This document shows positions 21,648-33,434 of a DNA stretch of 64,000 bases, piece after piece. Both the position numbers and the translations under genes were made by a program. Source of the DNA: Harriotta raleighana (Eukaryota); the NCBI GenBank assembly GCA_050575255.1, contig JBNZDD010013623.1, positions 1,777,817 through 1,841,816 of the forward strand, read 5' to 3'. Below the pieces are notes generated by a model. That model did no database searches, was not told where the DNA came from, and saw only the letters and a program-made list of their open reading frames with translations. Each line of letters opens with the position of its first letter. The stretch's first letter is position 1.

Positions 21648-24600
21648 TTCTAGACGTTTCAAAGCAATTCACAGAATATACTGTGAAATGAATTGACTAT
21701 ACTGGTGGGCAAATCGTGAGTACTCTAACCACTGAGCTACGAGACAGGACTCCACATATGAATATCTCAAAACATTTCACTCTATAAAGTATTGTTTGTA
21801 TCTGTGGGCATAAGTTGCAGCCTATTTGTACACAGCAATGTGTACAATGATGTGAGCATTTATTTGGGCAATTATCGTCCAGAACAGCTTCTCTTTTTAA
21901 ATAGTGCCATGAGATCTTAAAAGTACACCTGAACAGGCAGATGTAACTTCAGTTTATCCTTTGGACAGCACCTTGACAATGCAAGGCTCTCCCAACACTG
22001 CATTTGGAGTGTCAGCCTAGATTGTGAGCTCAAAGTCCCAATGTGGAGTGTGAACCTTCTCACTCAGAGGCAAGAGCACATTCGACTGAGACCCTCACAC
22101 TATATTACATGGAATACAACATTGCAGGACATATAACTCGGCCTCAGAGAATTAATGTAGAGTAGAACGCGTTACTTTCAGTTAGCTTTCTAAATTGAGA
22201 AACTAGATAAGCTTGAGCTCTTCAGGCTTAAAAGACGTCATACAGAGACCTTGTTTAGGTACAGAATATATTAATAGACAATATAAACCCAGGACAATAC
22301 ATTCTGATACACAAGCAAGCAGGGCAAGAGGGTAATTTTATTTGGCAGGTTCACAGATGTGAAGGACAAGTTTAGAACTGATATTAAGAATATTGGACTT
22401 TGAACTCAAGGATGACACACCAACACAATGTGATGGAACACTGTGTTGTAAGAGGTGCAATCTCTTAGGTGAGATGTTAACCTAAAGTCCTATCTTTCAG
22501 CAGGATGCTAAAGATCCCATGTGTAAGATTTGAATAATTCATAACCCTGTAGTGAAGTGTGAACTGACACAAATTTGCTTTCAAATTCCACTGTCCTAGG
22601 CCTTCATGCATTTGAATCATATAACAAAATTACATTGGTATGGTGCCTTTCACTTTGGGAGCTTTTAGGAAGTAAATGTGAGAACATGAGTCATTGCGAT
22701 TTAAGACGACTCAGAACTCGGAAATTGCTTACACATGGCACGATTCAGAAAAAACGTGGAGTTTCTCCCTCTCTCTGTGTCCTGACCAATAATAACATTT
22801 GTCATTAAACCTCATGAACAAATTGGCTGCTAAGTTTGCCTATAACATACACAGTCATTGTTCTTTATAATAAATCCCATGAAGTGCTTTGAAACACTGA
22901 CATAACCAGTTATATCAAATGCTAGGATTACTACTGTAGCCAGCGCCTGCAGATTTGACGCTAAATTACCGCAAACTAAGGGACAACACACCACAAAATT
23001 CACATTGTTTTCTGAGTACGCAATACATCTCCATCATATGTCCTACCCTGTCCAAATCCAGCACCGGTCATGAGGAGCAGTAATCTAACAATCTATTTCT
23101 GGGATTTGCATCTGTTGGTGGGATGCAGGGACTATAGGGACCGTGACTATAGGCACAGTCGAGGATGGTCTTCAGGTGGACCTGAGAGATGGGGAAGGAA
23201 GGGAGAGGGATAGTGGAAGAGTGTTGTTGAGTTTGGGGGCGTAGTAGCTTGATGAAATTACAGCCACCAATGGTGGAACGGAGGGAATAAGCGCATGCCA
23301 GTTGGGTGGAGGCAGTGGGTAATGGGTTGGGTTTGAAAGTAAGCCTAGCCTCTCTCGTAAAAATAATCAGTCACCTCTCCAGGTAGAACCTCCTCATTGC
23401 TCCCTCCCAAACTCCCGGGTCAGCTCACTAGCTGGGGAAAGCCACTGTTGTCCACACTTCTTTCTTTCAACTCCTACAAGCTCCTGCATGGACCAGACAG
23501 CAGGGTCCTGAGCAGAATTTTTCATCTTGCATAGAGGCAGAGGAGCAGTGCTCAGTACTCCCAACACTTTACACAGGGACAGAGAGCCCACGGTGAGCAG
23601 CAAGCGGCTTGGGATCATCCCAATCTAATCCAATTACATTCCCCTCCAATCCACTGCTCTCAGGCTCCAATTCAGGCGTTCCACAGGGTCTTACAGCAAT
23701 GGAGCTCCTCCCCCAACAGGAGGCCAGTGCAAGCCATTCAAGCCATCTACCCAAATCCCATCTTGTTCCTCATCCCTTCCAATCCACTTGTTAATTTCCC
23801 TTTGTACAGCAAGTGTGCATTAGGATAACTGTTGTGAGTCTAACCAACTGAAAACAAAAATAACCTTATCTTATGCTGCAATGGGAGGACGGTACGGTGG
23901 GGATTCTGAGAGCAAGTATATAGCTCTCCATTGAAAGCATTGACTGGCAAGCTTTCCTGCTGCTTGTCCAGCTGGGACCACCCTACTCTTTAGTGCTTTG
24001 GCTTGCAAAATTAACGGGAGCTGAGTGGGAAGAGTCACTGCCTCCAGTTTCTGGTCTTGCTGATGTTCCAGGCTAGCCTGTGCTGTAATCAGTGCTTTGG
24101 GAGTACTGCGGACCACCTTTCTCAGGAATGGACTAAGACCACCAAAGGATAGGCTCTGACATTCCACCAATAGAAGTAGCTCTTTACTACAACAACATCT
24201 TGGATTTATATAGCGCCCTCCATGCTCAGAACTCTTAAATTATCCACCCACTACCCAAATTACAGCGCCATTTACTGAGGAAATGTTATCAAGTTTGACT
24301 CTGCCTCTTGCTGACACACATCTATTTGAGTTCAGTCTCCATGTAACAGCAGTCTCATGTTCCTCACTGCTATTAAGTTCACCAAGTTTTAGTCTGAGAA
24401 GTCTGTTGTACAATATGATCACACAACCTTACATCACATACTGTATTTAGCTTGTTGCATAAAGGACTTGTACTATATTAGGACTCAGACAGGTCTTATC
24501 AGATGCATTTTATAACTGAGGAAATAAATCAAAGCCACACAGTGCTACATCTTCTTGGATTCAAACATTCCTATTCCTGCTATCCAATTGATGCTCATTG

Positions 24601-24739
24601 TTAGCTGATCACATGCACAGCTCATGGATCAGCATCCATTGTCATCATATGATTCCCAGTAACACGATGGAGTGCACCTGGGTGCAGTACATTGGAGATC
24701 AACAACAATTAAACAGAAAAATATTTTTTCTGAATGGGA

Positions 24740-25060
24740 ATCAGGCAGAACAGATCATGGCATGGATGTGGGGGAGACAAGACAGTTGAGGATCAAACAA
24801 GACACCCAGTTCCTGACTGGCTTGGTGAGGTGGAATCTGCATCCATGGAGGTTGATACTGCCAGTACCTGAGGTGTGGAGGCACTGACATGAGCCAATCA
24901 GTCTTGTTGACATTCAACTGTAGAAAGTTAGCTCTCATCCAGGACTTGATGTCTGACAGACAGTCTGTCAGGACAGCAGTGATCCTTGAATCAAAGGTGG
25001 AGGCAAAAACATAGTTGGGTGTCATCGGCAAACATATGGAAGCTGATCTGCGGATGATAA
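24740..25060 (-). mobile_element. L2 LINE RT fragment
   Basis: HMFADDTQL...CLSDIKSWMRANFLQLNVNKT; homologous to 1-497. Confidence 0.85.
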
Positions 25061-26011
25061 GGCCCTATATCAAATGGAAGGATATAATAATAATCCTTGC
25101 ATTTGATATAGCGCTTTTCACATCTTATCAACGTCCCAAAGCGCTTCACAGAATATACTGTAAAGTGAATTGACTGTATATTTGTGGGATGATTATTATT
25201 ATTCTACATTATAATATGTTATAGCTTGTACAACAAGCTATGGAAAGAGTCTGTGCTAAACAGATTAGCCTAAAGAAAGAATTACATAGGTGGTATTTTA
25301 CGTTATGGGATTAGAAAGAACACTGCTTGGATTGAAGTCACACAAATTAAGTGTACAGCAGTTCCCATCTGATCCAAATCTCATACTGTTCTGTTCTCAT
25401 ACTGGAGTTCCTCTCACTCTAGTATTGTGAGGCTCAGGTAACAACACATTATTCTTAAATATTAACCGTGCATAGGGTGACTTCCAAGATCTGATTTCTT
25501 TAATCAGAATTCCCTGTGTACTCACTCACTCACCATTAGTCTCCGACACTGTGTGTCCACCCTTTTCCTACACATGGGTGCTGTTCCCAGTTAGTTAGTT
25601 GCTATGATATGCACCACAAACAAACAACAGGCAATAACTAAGGCCTATTATTGCCTCCAACTATTCTCAAGCCACTGTATTAATATTAATCCTTGCATTT
25701 GATATTGCGCTTTTCACGACTTCTAGACTTCTCAAAGCGCTTCACAGAATACAGTGTAAAGTCAATTAACTGCATATTTGTCGGCTAAAGGCGGCAGCCA
25801 ATTGCCCAAGGTTTCGCCCTGACCCGGCTGGAAATGAACCCAGGTCGCTCGTTTGCAAGGAGAGTGCTCAGGAGAGCTACAGGACTGCACAAACCTGAGA
25901 AATCTCTGCCAACGCAGCCTTGCAGGCCCGGCACTCAGTGTGAGCTGTGCCGGAGACAGGGAGCCCTGACCCTGGGGCTAGAGGGAGGTGTACAGACCGC
26001 TGCTCACTCAC

Positions 26012-26270
26012 CAGCCGGGCGATGGTAATGGCGGAGTCCGGGCCTCAATCACCCACTGGCAGTCGCTCGCATGGAAACCAGGGACGCGACAGCGGGGAAC
26101 TGAGCATGCGCATAGCCCGGGACTCCGCTCACAGAGCCACCTGCCGTAAAGTGGGGCACACAGCACCCGGGAGAACACGCACACACACACACACGGGGGG
26201 GGATAGCCACAGCGCCACCTGCCGGCTGAGGCCAATCTTACCGCCCCTGGGTCACATTCCCCGAAATCGC
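26012..26270 (-). promoter_or_regulatory. TMEM138 CpG-rich promoter and probable non-coding exon 1
   Basis: Minus-strand donor CTG|GTGAGT at 26011, matching an acceptor at 21210; X-box-like GCTCGCATGGAAAC at 26065-26078; NRF1-like TGAGCATGCGCA at 26101-26112; CCAAT near 26232. Confidence 0.65.
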
Positions 26271-27673
26271 CTTGAAGTGAATGACCAATTTTATCTGGAT
26301 TCAACGAAACATAGCTTGGGGACAGAAGTTTTTAAATTTTGTTTATTTTTCTCTAAATAAAAAGAACTACATTTATAACCAACGCACATTCCAATTTACA
26401 TGAATACAGTACACATTTTCTTGTGGGTCACCTCTACAGAATCTCAGTGTTTTCACTGGTAATTAATAATAATAATCCTTGCATTTAATATGGTACCTTA
26501 AACATCGTTGAGACATTTCAAAGCTCTACACAGAATATACTGCAAATTGAATTAACCATATAGTTGTGGGCCAATTGCGCATTAGTAAACTGGTAGATTT
26601 AAGTGACCAAATTATTATCATTAATTTTTTTAATTTATATTTATATAGCACCTTTCACGTCAGGAGGACGTCCCAAGGCGCTGTACAGTCAAGTGGGGGG
26701 AGGGGTCGGGGGAAGAAAAGCAGGAAAAAAATTGACTGTATACTTGTGGGCGAAACGGGGCAGCCAAATTGTGCACAGCAGTGTCCCACAAACAGTCATG
26801 GAAGCGAGAGGGCCAGGGATGAAAGGGGGAAAGAGGGCAAGGGGAGGGGTTCGGGTAGGAGGAAGAGAGAAGGAAAACCAGGTGTATATCTGGGGAGAAA
26901 CGCAGCAGCCAAATTGCGCAAAATTTATCTATTTTGAAGGGATTAATATACCCAGAAAGTGACCCACCAATCAACTAACAACTTGGTTCCTACTTACTGC
27001 TAAGTATGTGAGTAACAAAACTTGCCTAAGGTTTCACCCTGTTTAGGAATCATACCCGAGTCCCCTCGTTTGCGACACGAGCGCTATAACCAATATAGCA
27101 TAGCATGTGGTGTGATAGGGTCCAGGAACGTACCAGGCAAGACCTACATTGCATTACCTGATCCTGGGTGATGGCACAGCAGTGGAATAAAGCTGCCAGG
27201 GTGTCTCTGAATGAGGTCCAGGATTCAGTTACTTAATCTTGTCTGGTCTGTATCATTTGACCCAAAGCACCAAACTAACATAAACAGTGGAATTCAGCTG
27301 CTCCCCAAACCACTAAGTTTATAATCCTACAATTTACATTTATATAGCACCCAGCGCCTTGGGACGTCCTCCTGACGTGAAACGCGCTCTATAAATGTAA
27401 TTTTGTTGTTGTTGTTGTATACACAGGTTAGTGTAAGGGACCTTGGTTTAATGTCTCATCAAACGATGCCACCTCTTAGCATTGCAGAACCTCCTCAGCA
27501 CTGTACTGGAATGTCAGATTAGACTGTGAGCTCAAAGTGTTAACCCTATACCTGACTCAGAGTCAAGAGTGCTATGGTGACAGACAAGCTGTTGCACTCG
27601 TAGACATGCACAGTGGCAGTGAGAATTATCAGGGCTGTCACAGCTCCCAGTGTAAGGCATCCAGTGGATGTCA

Positions 27674-29573
27674 TCAGGACTCAGTGTAGTGCGATGAATC
27701 TGGTGTCTCTTTGACTTCTCCTTTCGGAAGAGGGATGCCCAGCGCGGTGTGATTCTGTAAGTCCCTAGCTCTGGCCACTTGGTCTGCCGAGCAGTAATCT
27801 TCCAGGAACACAGTGGCCAGGTTACTGAGCCGCCGGTGATTGGAGATAGAGAAGCGTAGCATGCACTCCACCACCGGCAGCGCTGTGATTGCCTCTCGGG
27901 ACTCTGGGGTCATCAGATACATTAAGGTGGTAATGGCAGAAAAGACTGTATCCTCGTGAGAGCTGGATAAGCAGTTCATCACTGCCTGAACCCCATTGTT
28001 CTGTAGAATATATTCCTTATTCTCCGTGTCCAAGCACAGGTTACAGAGACCTCCTGCAAGAAACAAAGGCATATCAGGTTAAACCACCATTACAAATGGG
28101 TCTGATTGTGGAGCTAAACCTGTGTAATTACAGAAAAACTGTCTGCAAGTGTGTCTTTATACCTATTCCAAATTCTATAAATGTCTCGTTATCTTCTGTG
28201 AGCATGTCCAGGAACAGATCGATAACTTGGAGTTGGCGAAGGTACTGGTAGTTAGCAGGATCGTAGGAAAAGTTAGCCAGGTTTGCGAGGATTTGCTCCT
28301 TTGAGTCTGAAAAGTGAAAATAAAAGATGTTAGCTTTTGTGCACTGCAGAAAACCCTACAGCAGGTAACCCACCCTCTCAGACACTCTTGGCAGAGTGAT
28401 CGTTATGGTGGTGCTCAATTTCAGCTCTGTCCACCAATGAAAGGTCTCTTCATCAACACTGAAACAGTCAATTTCCATGCCATCTCTCCTGAAGCCAATT
28501 TTCAACCAACCATTTCCCTGGCTGAAATCAGCTAACAGTACAGAGCTGTGATTTAGCTGAGGGCAGCCAGATGGGGTTACAGTTGGCCTTAGTTACTAGG
28601 GAGGATAACATTCCTGCTCTGGTTTGTTATTAAGACAACTTCCTCCAGACCTCATCCCTGGAACATGCATTGTGTGTATATAGGATTGAGTCCAGCTGTG
28701 GTCAGTTTCTCCTGGTGTCCTTGCCTACAATTCCCCAAGTAATCAAGGTAAATTAGCTATTTGGCAGTTTGTGGGACATTGACATACACAAAATGGATGC
28801 TACCAGGAATGAGGGATTTCGGTTCTGAGGACAGGTTATTCTCCTTGTAGCAGAGAAAGTTAAATGGAGATTTAATCTACATTTTCAATATTATTAGGGG
28901 ATTCTATAAGACGAACAAGGAGAAACAATTTCTACTAGCAGGTGAATCGGTAACCAGAGGACATAGATTTAAGATAGTTGTTAAAATATATATATTTTTT
29001 TTAATTTTTAATTTTATTTATTTATTTATTTATTTTTACACACACAGTGAGTTGTTCAGATCTGGAATGCATTGCTTGAACGGGTTGTGGAAACCAATTC
29101 AATAACAACTTTAAGAGCAAAGAAGATAATTATTTTGGGAGGATAAGTTTGCAGGACTGTGGGAAGAGCAATGGGGAATGAGATTTATTTGGACAGCTTT
29201 TTTCAAAGAGCCGGCACAGGCACGATGGGCTTCCTTCAGTCTTGTATAATTCTATGATTTGGCTGCTGCTTTCACCCACAAAACACACACTATCTACACT
29301 TGACAATAAATGCTGTGAAGTGCTTTGAGATATTTTGATATTAGATCAAGCATTATTTATACTATATCATTACCCAGCCCTTCCCTGCGAATATGAGCTT
29401 CACGTTTCTTAGGACCTCCTGCTGACGTGAAAGGTGCTATACAAATGTATAGTAATTTATTGTTTTTTCTTACCCTGGGAATCAGTGTCTTGGAACTCAG
29501 TTACCAGAGCCTGGAGATACTCAAACCGGTCTTGTCCTTGTGATTTGCTAGCGAGGAAACGAGAGATTGACAT
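27674..29573 (-). CDS. ARMC7: Armadillo repeat-containing protein 7, 207 aa
   Basis: Exons 29474-29573 (MSISRF...[19 protein letters not shown]), 28163-28306 ([36 protein letters not shown]...) and 27674-28053 (GGLCNLCLD...VVECMLRFS...FLEDYCS...HTALGIPLP...*). [10 protein letters not shown], LANLANFxYDP and GGLCNLC are ARMC7 signatures. Confidence 0.95.
28809..29260 (+). mobile_element. CR1 LINE 3' end
   Basis: Typical CR1 terminus (LFSL..R.L.GDLI..F.I..G, accagaggacatagatttaag, tggaatgcattg, ending ttctatgatt). Confidence 0.75.
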
Positions 29574-30646
29574 CTCGTATCAACTGAGTTCAACTGTGAA
29601 AGACAAGAGCAGGGAAATGTCACAGGGTTACCAACTTGGGAACATCCCACAAACTGGCCACAAAACTCATAGTAACAAGGAACAGCATGCGGGAAATCTT
29701 TCAAATAAACATTAAAAAGGGGAAAACATTTGTATATTTATGGCACTCCATCAGGTTGAAATGTCTCAAAAGCATTTTACAGGAATTAATAATCTTGGCA
29801 TTTCATATTGTGCCTTTACAGATTTTACAGTAAAGTGCAGTGACTGTGTAAAGTGGGGTCCTGAAGCTTAGTGGATAGAACACTCAACTCGCAAGCAACA
29901 TACCTGAGTTTGATTCCCAGTAGGGCAAAAGTTTGGGCAGGTTTCCTTATATCACATGCCTATGTTTACCTAGTAGTAAATAGAAACCTGGTTGTTAGTC
30001 GATTGTTCGTCGAGGCAGATCACTTTTCCAGGGGTAATGAATCCTTCAAAATAAAATAGGTTGGTCACTTTAAAACACGACTGTTTGTGGGATATTACAA
30101 TAATAACAACAAAAATTACACTTGTAAAGCGCCTTTCACGTCGGTAGGACGTCCCAAAGCACTGAACAGAAGGTCGGGACCCGAGCCACGTTTCACCTAC
30201 AAAACATAAAGTCAATCTACTTTACAGTTTAATCAGTGAAGCTGTTTGAGACATCTTGAAGATGTGATAAGGTGCTATATGAAATGCAAGAATTATTATT
30301 ATCTGTAAATGAATGCAGCAGCCAATTTGCAGCAGCAGTGTTCCACTAACAGCCATGAAGTGACCGACCAATTTTACTTGAGGAACGTGTTACTTGTTAG
30401 TCAGGACACCAGCAGAAACTCTGTTCTCTTTTTCCAATAGTGCCGGGATGTTTAATGTCTATCTGGACAGGCAGATTGGTGGGAACTAGATTTAATGCCT
30501 CTCACCAAACACAGCAGCACATACACCCTCGCTGCCCCAGCACTGCAGTGGAGCATCAGCCTAGACAAAGTCGCAGTGTAGAGTTTAAACCCATAGTCTT
30601 CCAACCCAGGGGTAGGAGCCACAACTCAGCCAAGATCCTTACATAC

Positions 30647-31070
30647 CGTTTGAGTAAGTGACTCGCCTACGAGTCGGGTAACTTGGCGCCGGCTGGAGGG
30701 GAGGAGCGGAAGCAATATAACGTGTGTGGGAGACAGGAGGGTGCGCGATGCACCGTGGGAATTGAGTACAGCTGAAAACGGGAACTTCAACGCCCAGAAT
30801 GCATCGCGCTGCATCCTGTTCCCCGTGGGAGCGTAAGCGCATGCGCAGCAATAACCGGACCGCCTCCTCAGTGCCGAGTGAATAATGTGAACCGAAATCA
30901 CCGAGTTAAAGGGGACGAAAACAGTCCTGACACTCAGGTGAGCGGTGTTTATTCAGGGCCGGGGGGCCGACTGTCAAGCGGTGTCAGGCGGCCTGGCCCT
31001 CATGGCGTGCGGCGAACCCACTTCTCCTGTGCGGAGTGAGATTTAAAGGGGCAGGCACCGTCACCAGCAA
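30647..31070. promoter_or_regulatory. Probable bidirectional CpG-island promoter of ARMC7 (-) and CYB561A3 (+)
   Basis: Minus-strand donor ACG|GTATGT at 30646 (acceptor 29594) and plus-strand donor CAG|GTGAGC at 30938 (acceptor 33427); NRF1 palindrome GCGCATGCGC at 30837-30846; ETS CGGAAG near 30707. Confidence 0.7.
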
Positions 31071-31184
31071 GCCATTGGCGCACAGCTGTGTCCCACAAAC
31101 AGTCGTGGATTGAAGTCACCAAATTATTATTGTGTTTTTTACACAAATACACACACACACTGTTTGGCAGCAGAGGACTTAGTC

Positions 31185-31490
31185 TAGTGTCCTATAGCTT
31201 GGTCATTAGAGCATTCTCCTTACAAGCGAGGGTTTGGCAGGTCAGGGCGAAACTTTGGGCAAGTTTTAAAGTTCACTTACTCCACACACCTGATAATAGT
31301 CCCTCAAGAAATGTAATAATAATTTTGTCATTTCAATCCACGACTGTTTGTATGATACCGCTGTGCACAATTAGCTGCAGCGTTTCGCCTACAAATTTAT
31401 AGACAATTCACTTTACAGTATGTTCTATGAAGCACTTTCAGACATCTGGAAGATGTAAAAACGCTTGTCAAATGCAAGGATTATTATTAT
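31185..31490 (+). mobile_element. tRNA-derived SINE
   Basis: Same family as 9996. Further copies at about 25684-25886 (-), 32676-32940 (-), 32985-33290 (+), 35485-35785 (+), 49872-50073 (+, partial) and 55318-55610 (+). Confidence 0.8.
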
Positions 31491-33434
31491 TTATTTAGTC
31501 GTAGGACTCTCTCACTTCTTAGAGTTAGAAGATTGTAGGTTTAAACCACATCAGGATAATATAGTATGGGAGAGCAGTGGTATTGATGGAGGAGCCAAGC
31601 TTCAGGTGAGCCATTGCACCTTGCCTTTCAAAACTTTTATTAAAAATCGTTTATGGCTTCTTTGATTAACACCCATCTTAGATGCTGCTGTGAAATTGAG
31701 CCAGCTTTCAATCAATCCTGGGAGATCCCAGCCAATGTTAAATGAGTAACTGAATCTGCATGAATAGTATTAAAATAAAATGTTTGCATAATATCTATTA
31801 CATAAATCTACAATGTATAATGTTATGTACAATTGTTTTTCTTACACAAGACAGTGGGAATGTATTATTAACTAATTACTTTGAAGCATTTCTATCCAGC
31901 ATAAAGGTGCTTATCCAGTTCTGTTTTGAATGACATCAGCAGACGAGAATCTGTAGTGAGGGCACTTGCTAGCTCGTACATGACTTGCTAAAGATCACAG
32001 AATTGCTACCTTTCAGACAGTGGGTAGGGATAGTAATGATTGTAATAGATACAGTGCCTAAAACTTAAAGCGTAAAGCACTTCACAAAGTTTCGGTAAAG
32101 TTTGTATTTGGAGATGAAAGTGACAGATAGATTCTGTCTCTTTAAACAGATCTCTGGAGTCAATATCATCCTCTAACACACCCACTCCACCAGTTTTAGG
32201 TTGTGGTCACAATCTGGAATGCAAGTCATTTAACAGTAGCTACAGATAAGCCAGGTTAAATAACTTAGTTGATGGTAACATGATATCTTCATGTGATTTG
32301 GCTTGAGTCATGCTGGGAATGGAGGATGGAGAAGGGTGGGTGGTTGCATTATGTGGAAGTCATTAAATAAGGCCAAAGCTTTGTGCTGAGCATAAATCCT
32401 GTGATCAGAGAAATGTGCACAAACAGCATCAGAGACTGCAGGATGCCACTCGCTAGTCTTGTTCTATAACCCAAGATCTTACAGAATCTAGACTGCTGAA
32501 AGCATTAACTAAGAGGTTGGTATGAGATCAGTGTGTTAGAAAGATTGCATGTTTAAATCCCTTTTGAAACAAACTTTGAGTCTGCCAGTTGTGGATTCAG
32601 GCTTCACATCAAAACCAGGTTGTTTTGTCGGCAGTGCTGTATACTGCATGAAAGGTTAAATTTATCTTATCGATATAATAATCCTTGCATTTGATGTAGC
32701 GCTTTTCACATCTTCTAGATGTCCCAAAGCACTTCACAGAATATACTGTAAAGTGAATTGACTGTATTTGTGGGCAAAATGTGACAGCAAATTGCGCACA
32801 GCAGTACAAAGTGTCGTGGATTAAGTGACTAAATTATTATTCTTATTTTTCTGAGGAATTTTTATCAGGTGTGTGGAGTAAATGTAATTGAACCCAGGTC
32901 TCTTGCTTGCGGATGTGCTAACCTGAGCTACAGGATTCCACACTAGTAATCTGACATTTGGTATAGCTCATCATCACTCATCTATGAATTCTATAGCTCA
33001 ATGGTTAGATCTCTCACTAGTGAAAGGACCTGGGTTGAATTCCTGAGCAGTTTCCTTACTCCATATGCCTCTATTTCCCTAGGAGTAAGTAGGAACCCAG
33101 TTGTTATGCGATTGGCGGATTGCTTTTCTGGGTGTAATAATTCCTTTAAAAAAATTTAGCCACTCAATCCACAGCTGATTGTGGGACATTTGACTGCTGC
33201 ATTTTTGACAACAAAATATATAGTCAATTCACTTTACAATATATTCAGTGAAGCACTTTATGTCTTCTCGAAGACATTTTAAGGCGCTGTAGCACAACTA
33301 AATTTCGATGTGTACAAATGTGGAAGGGAGTCAGCCAAGTTTGAAAGCATAGTCATCACACACCCAACTAACCAAAAAAAACTCCCAGACTTATAGATCT
33401 GTGATACTCCTCTTCTGTGTTAAACAGGGTCAAG

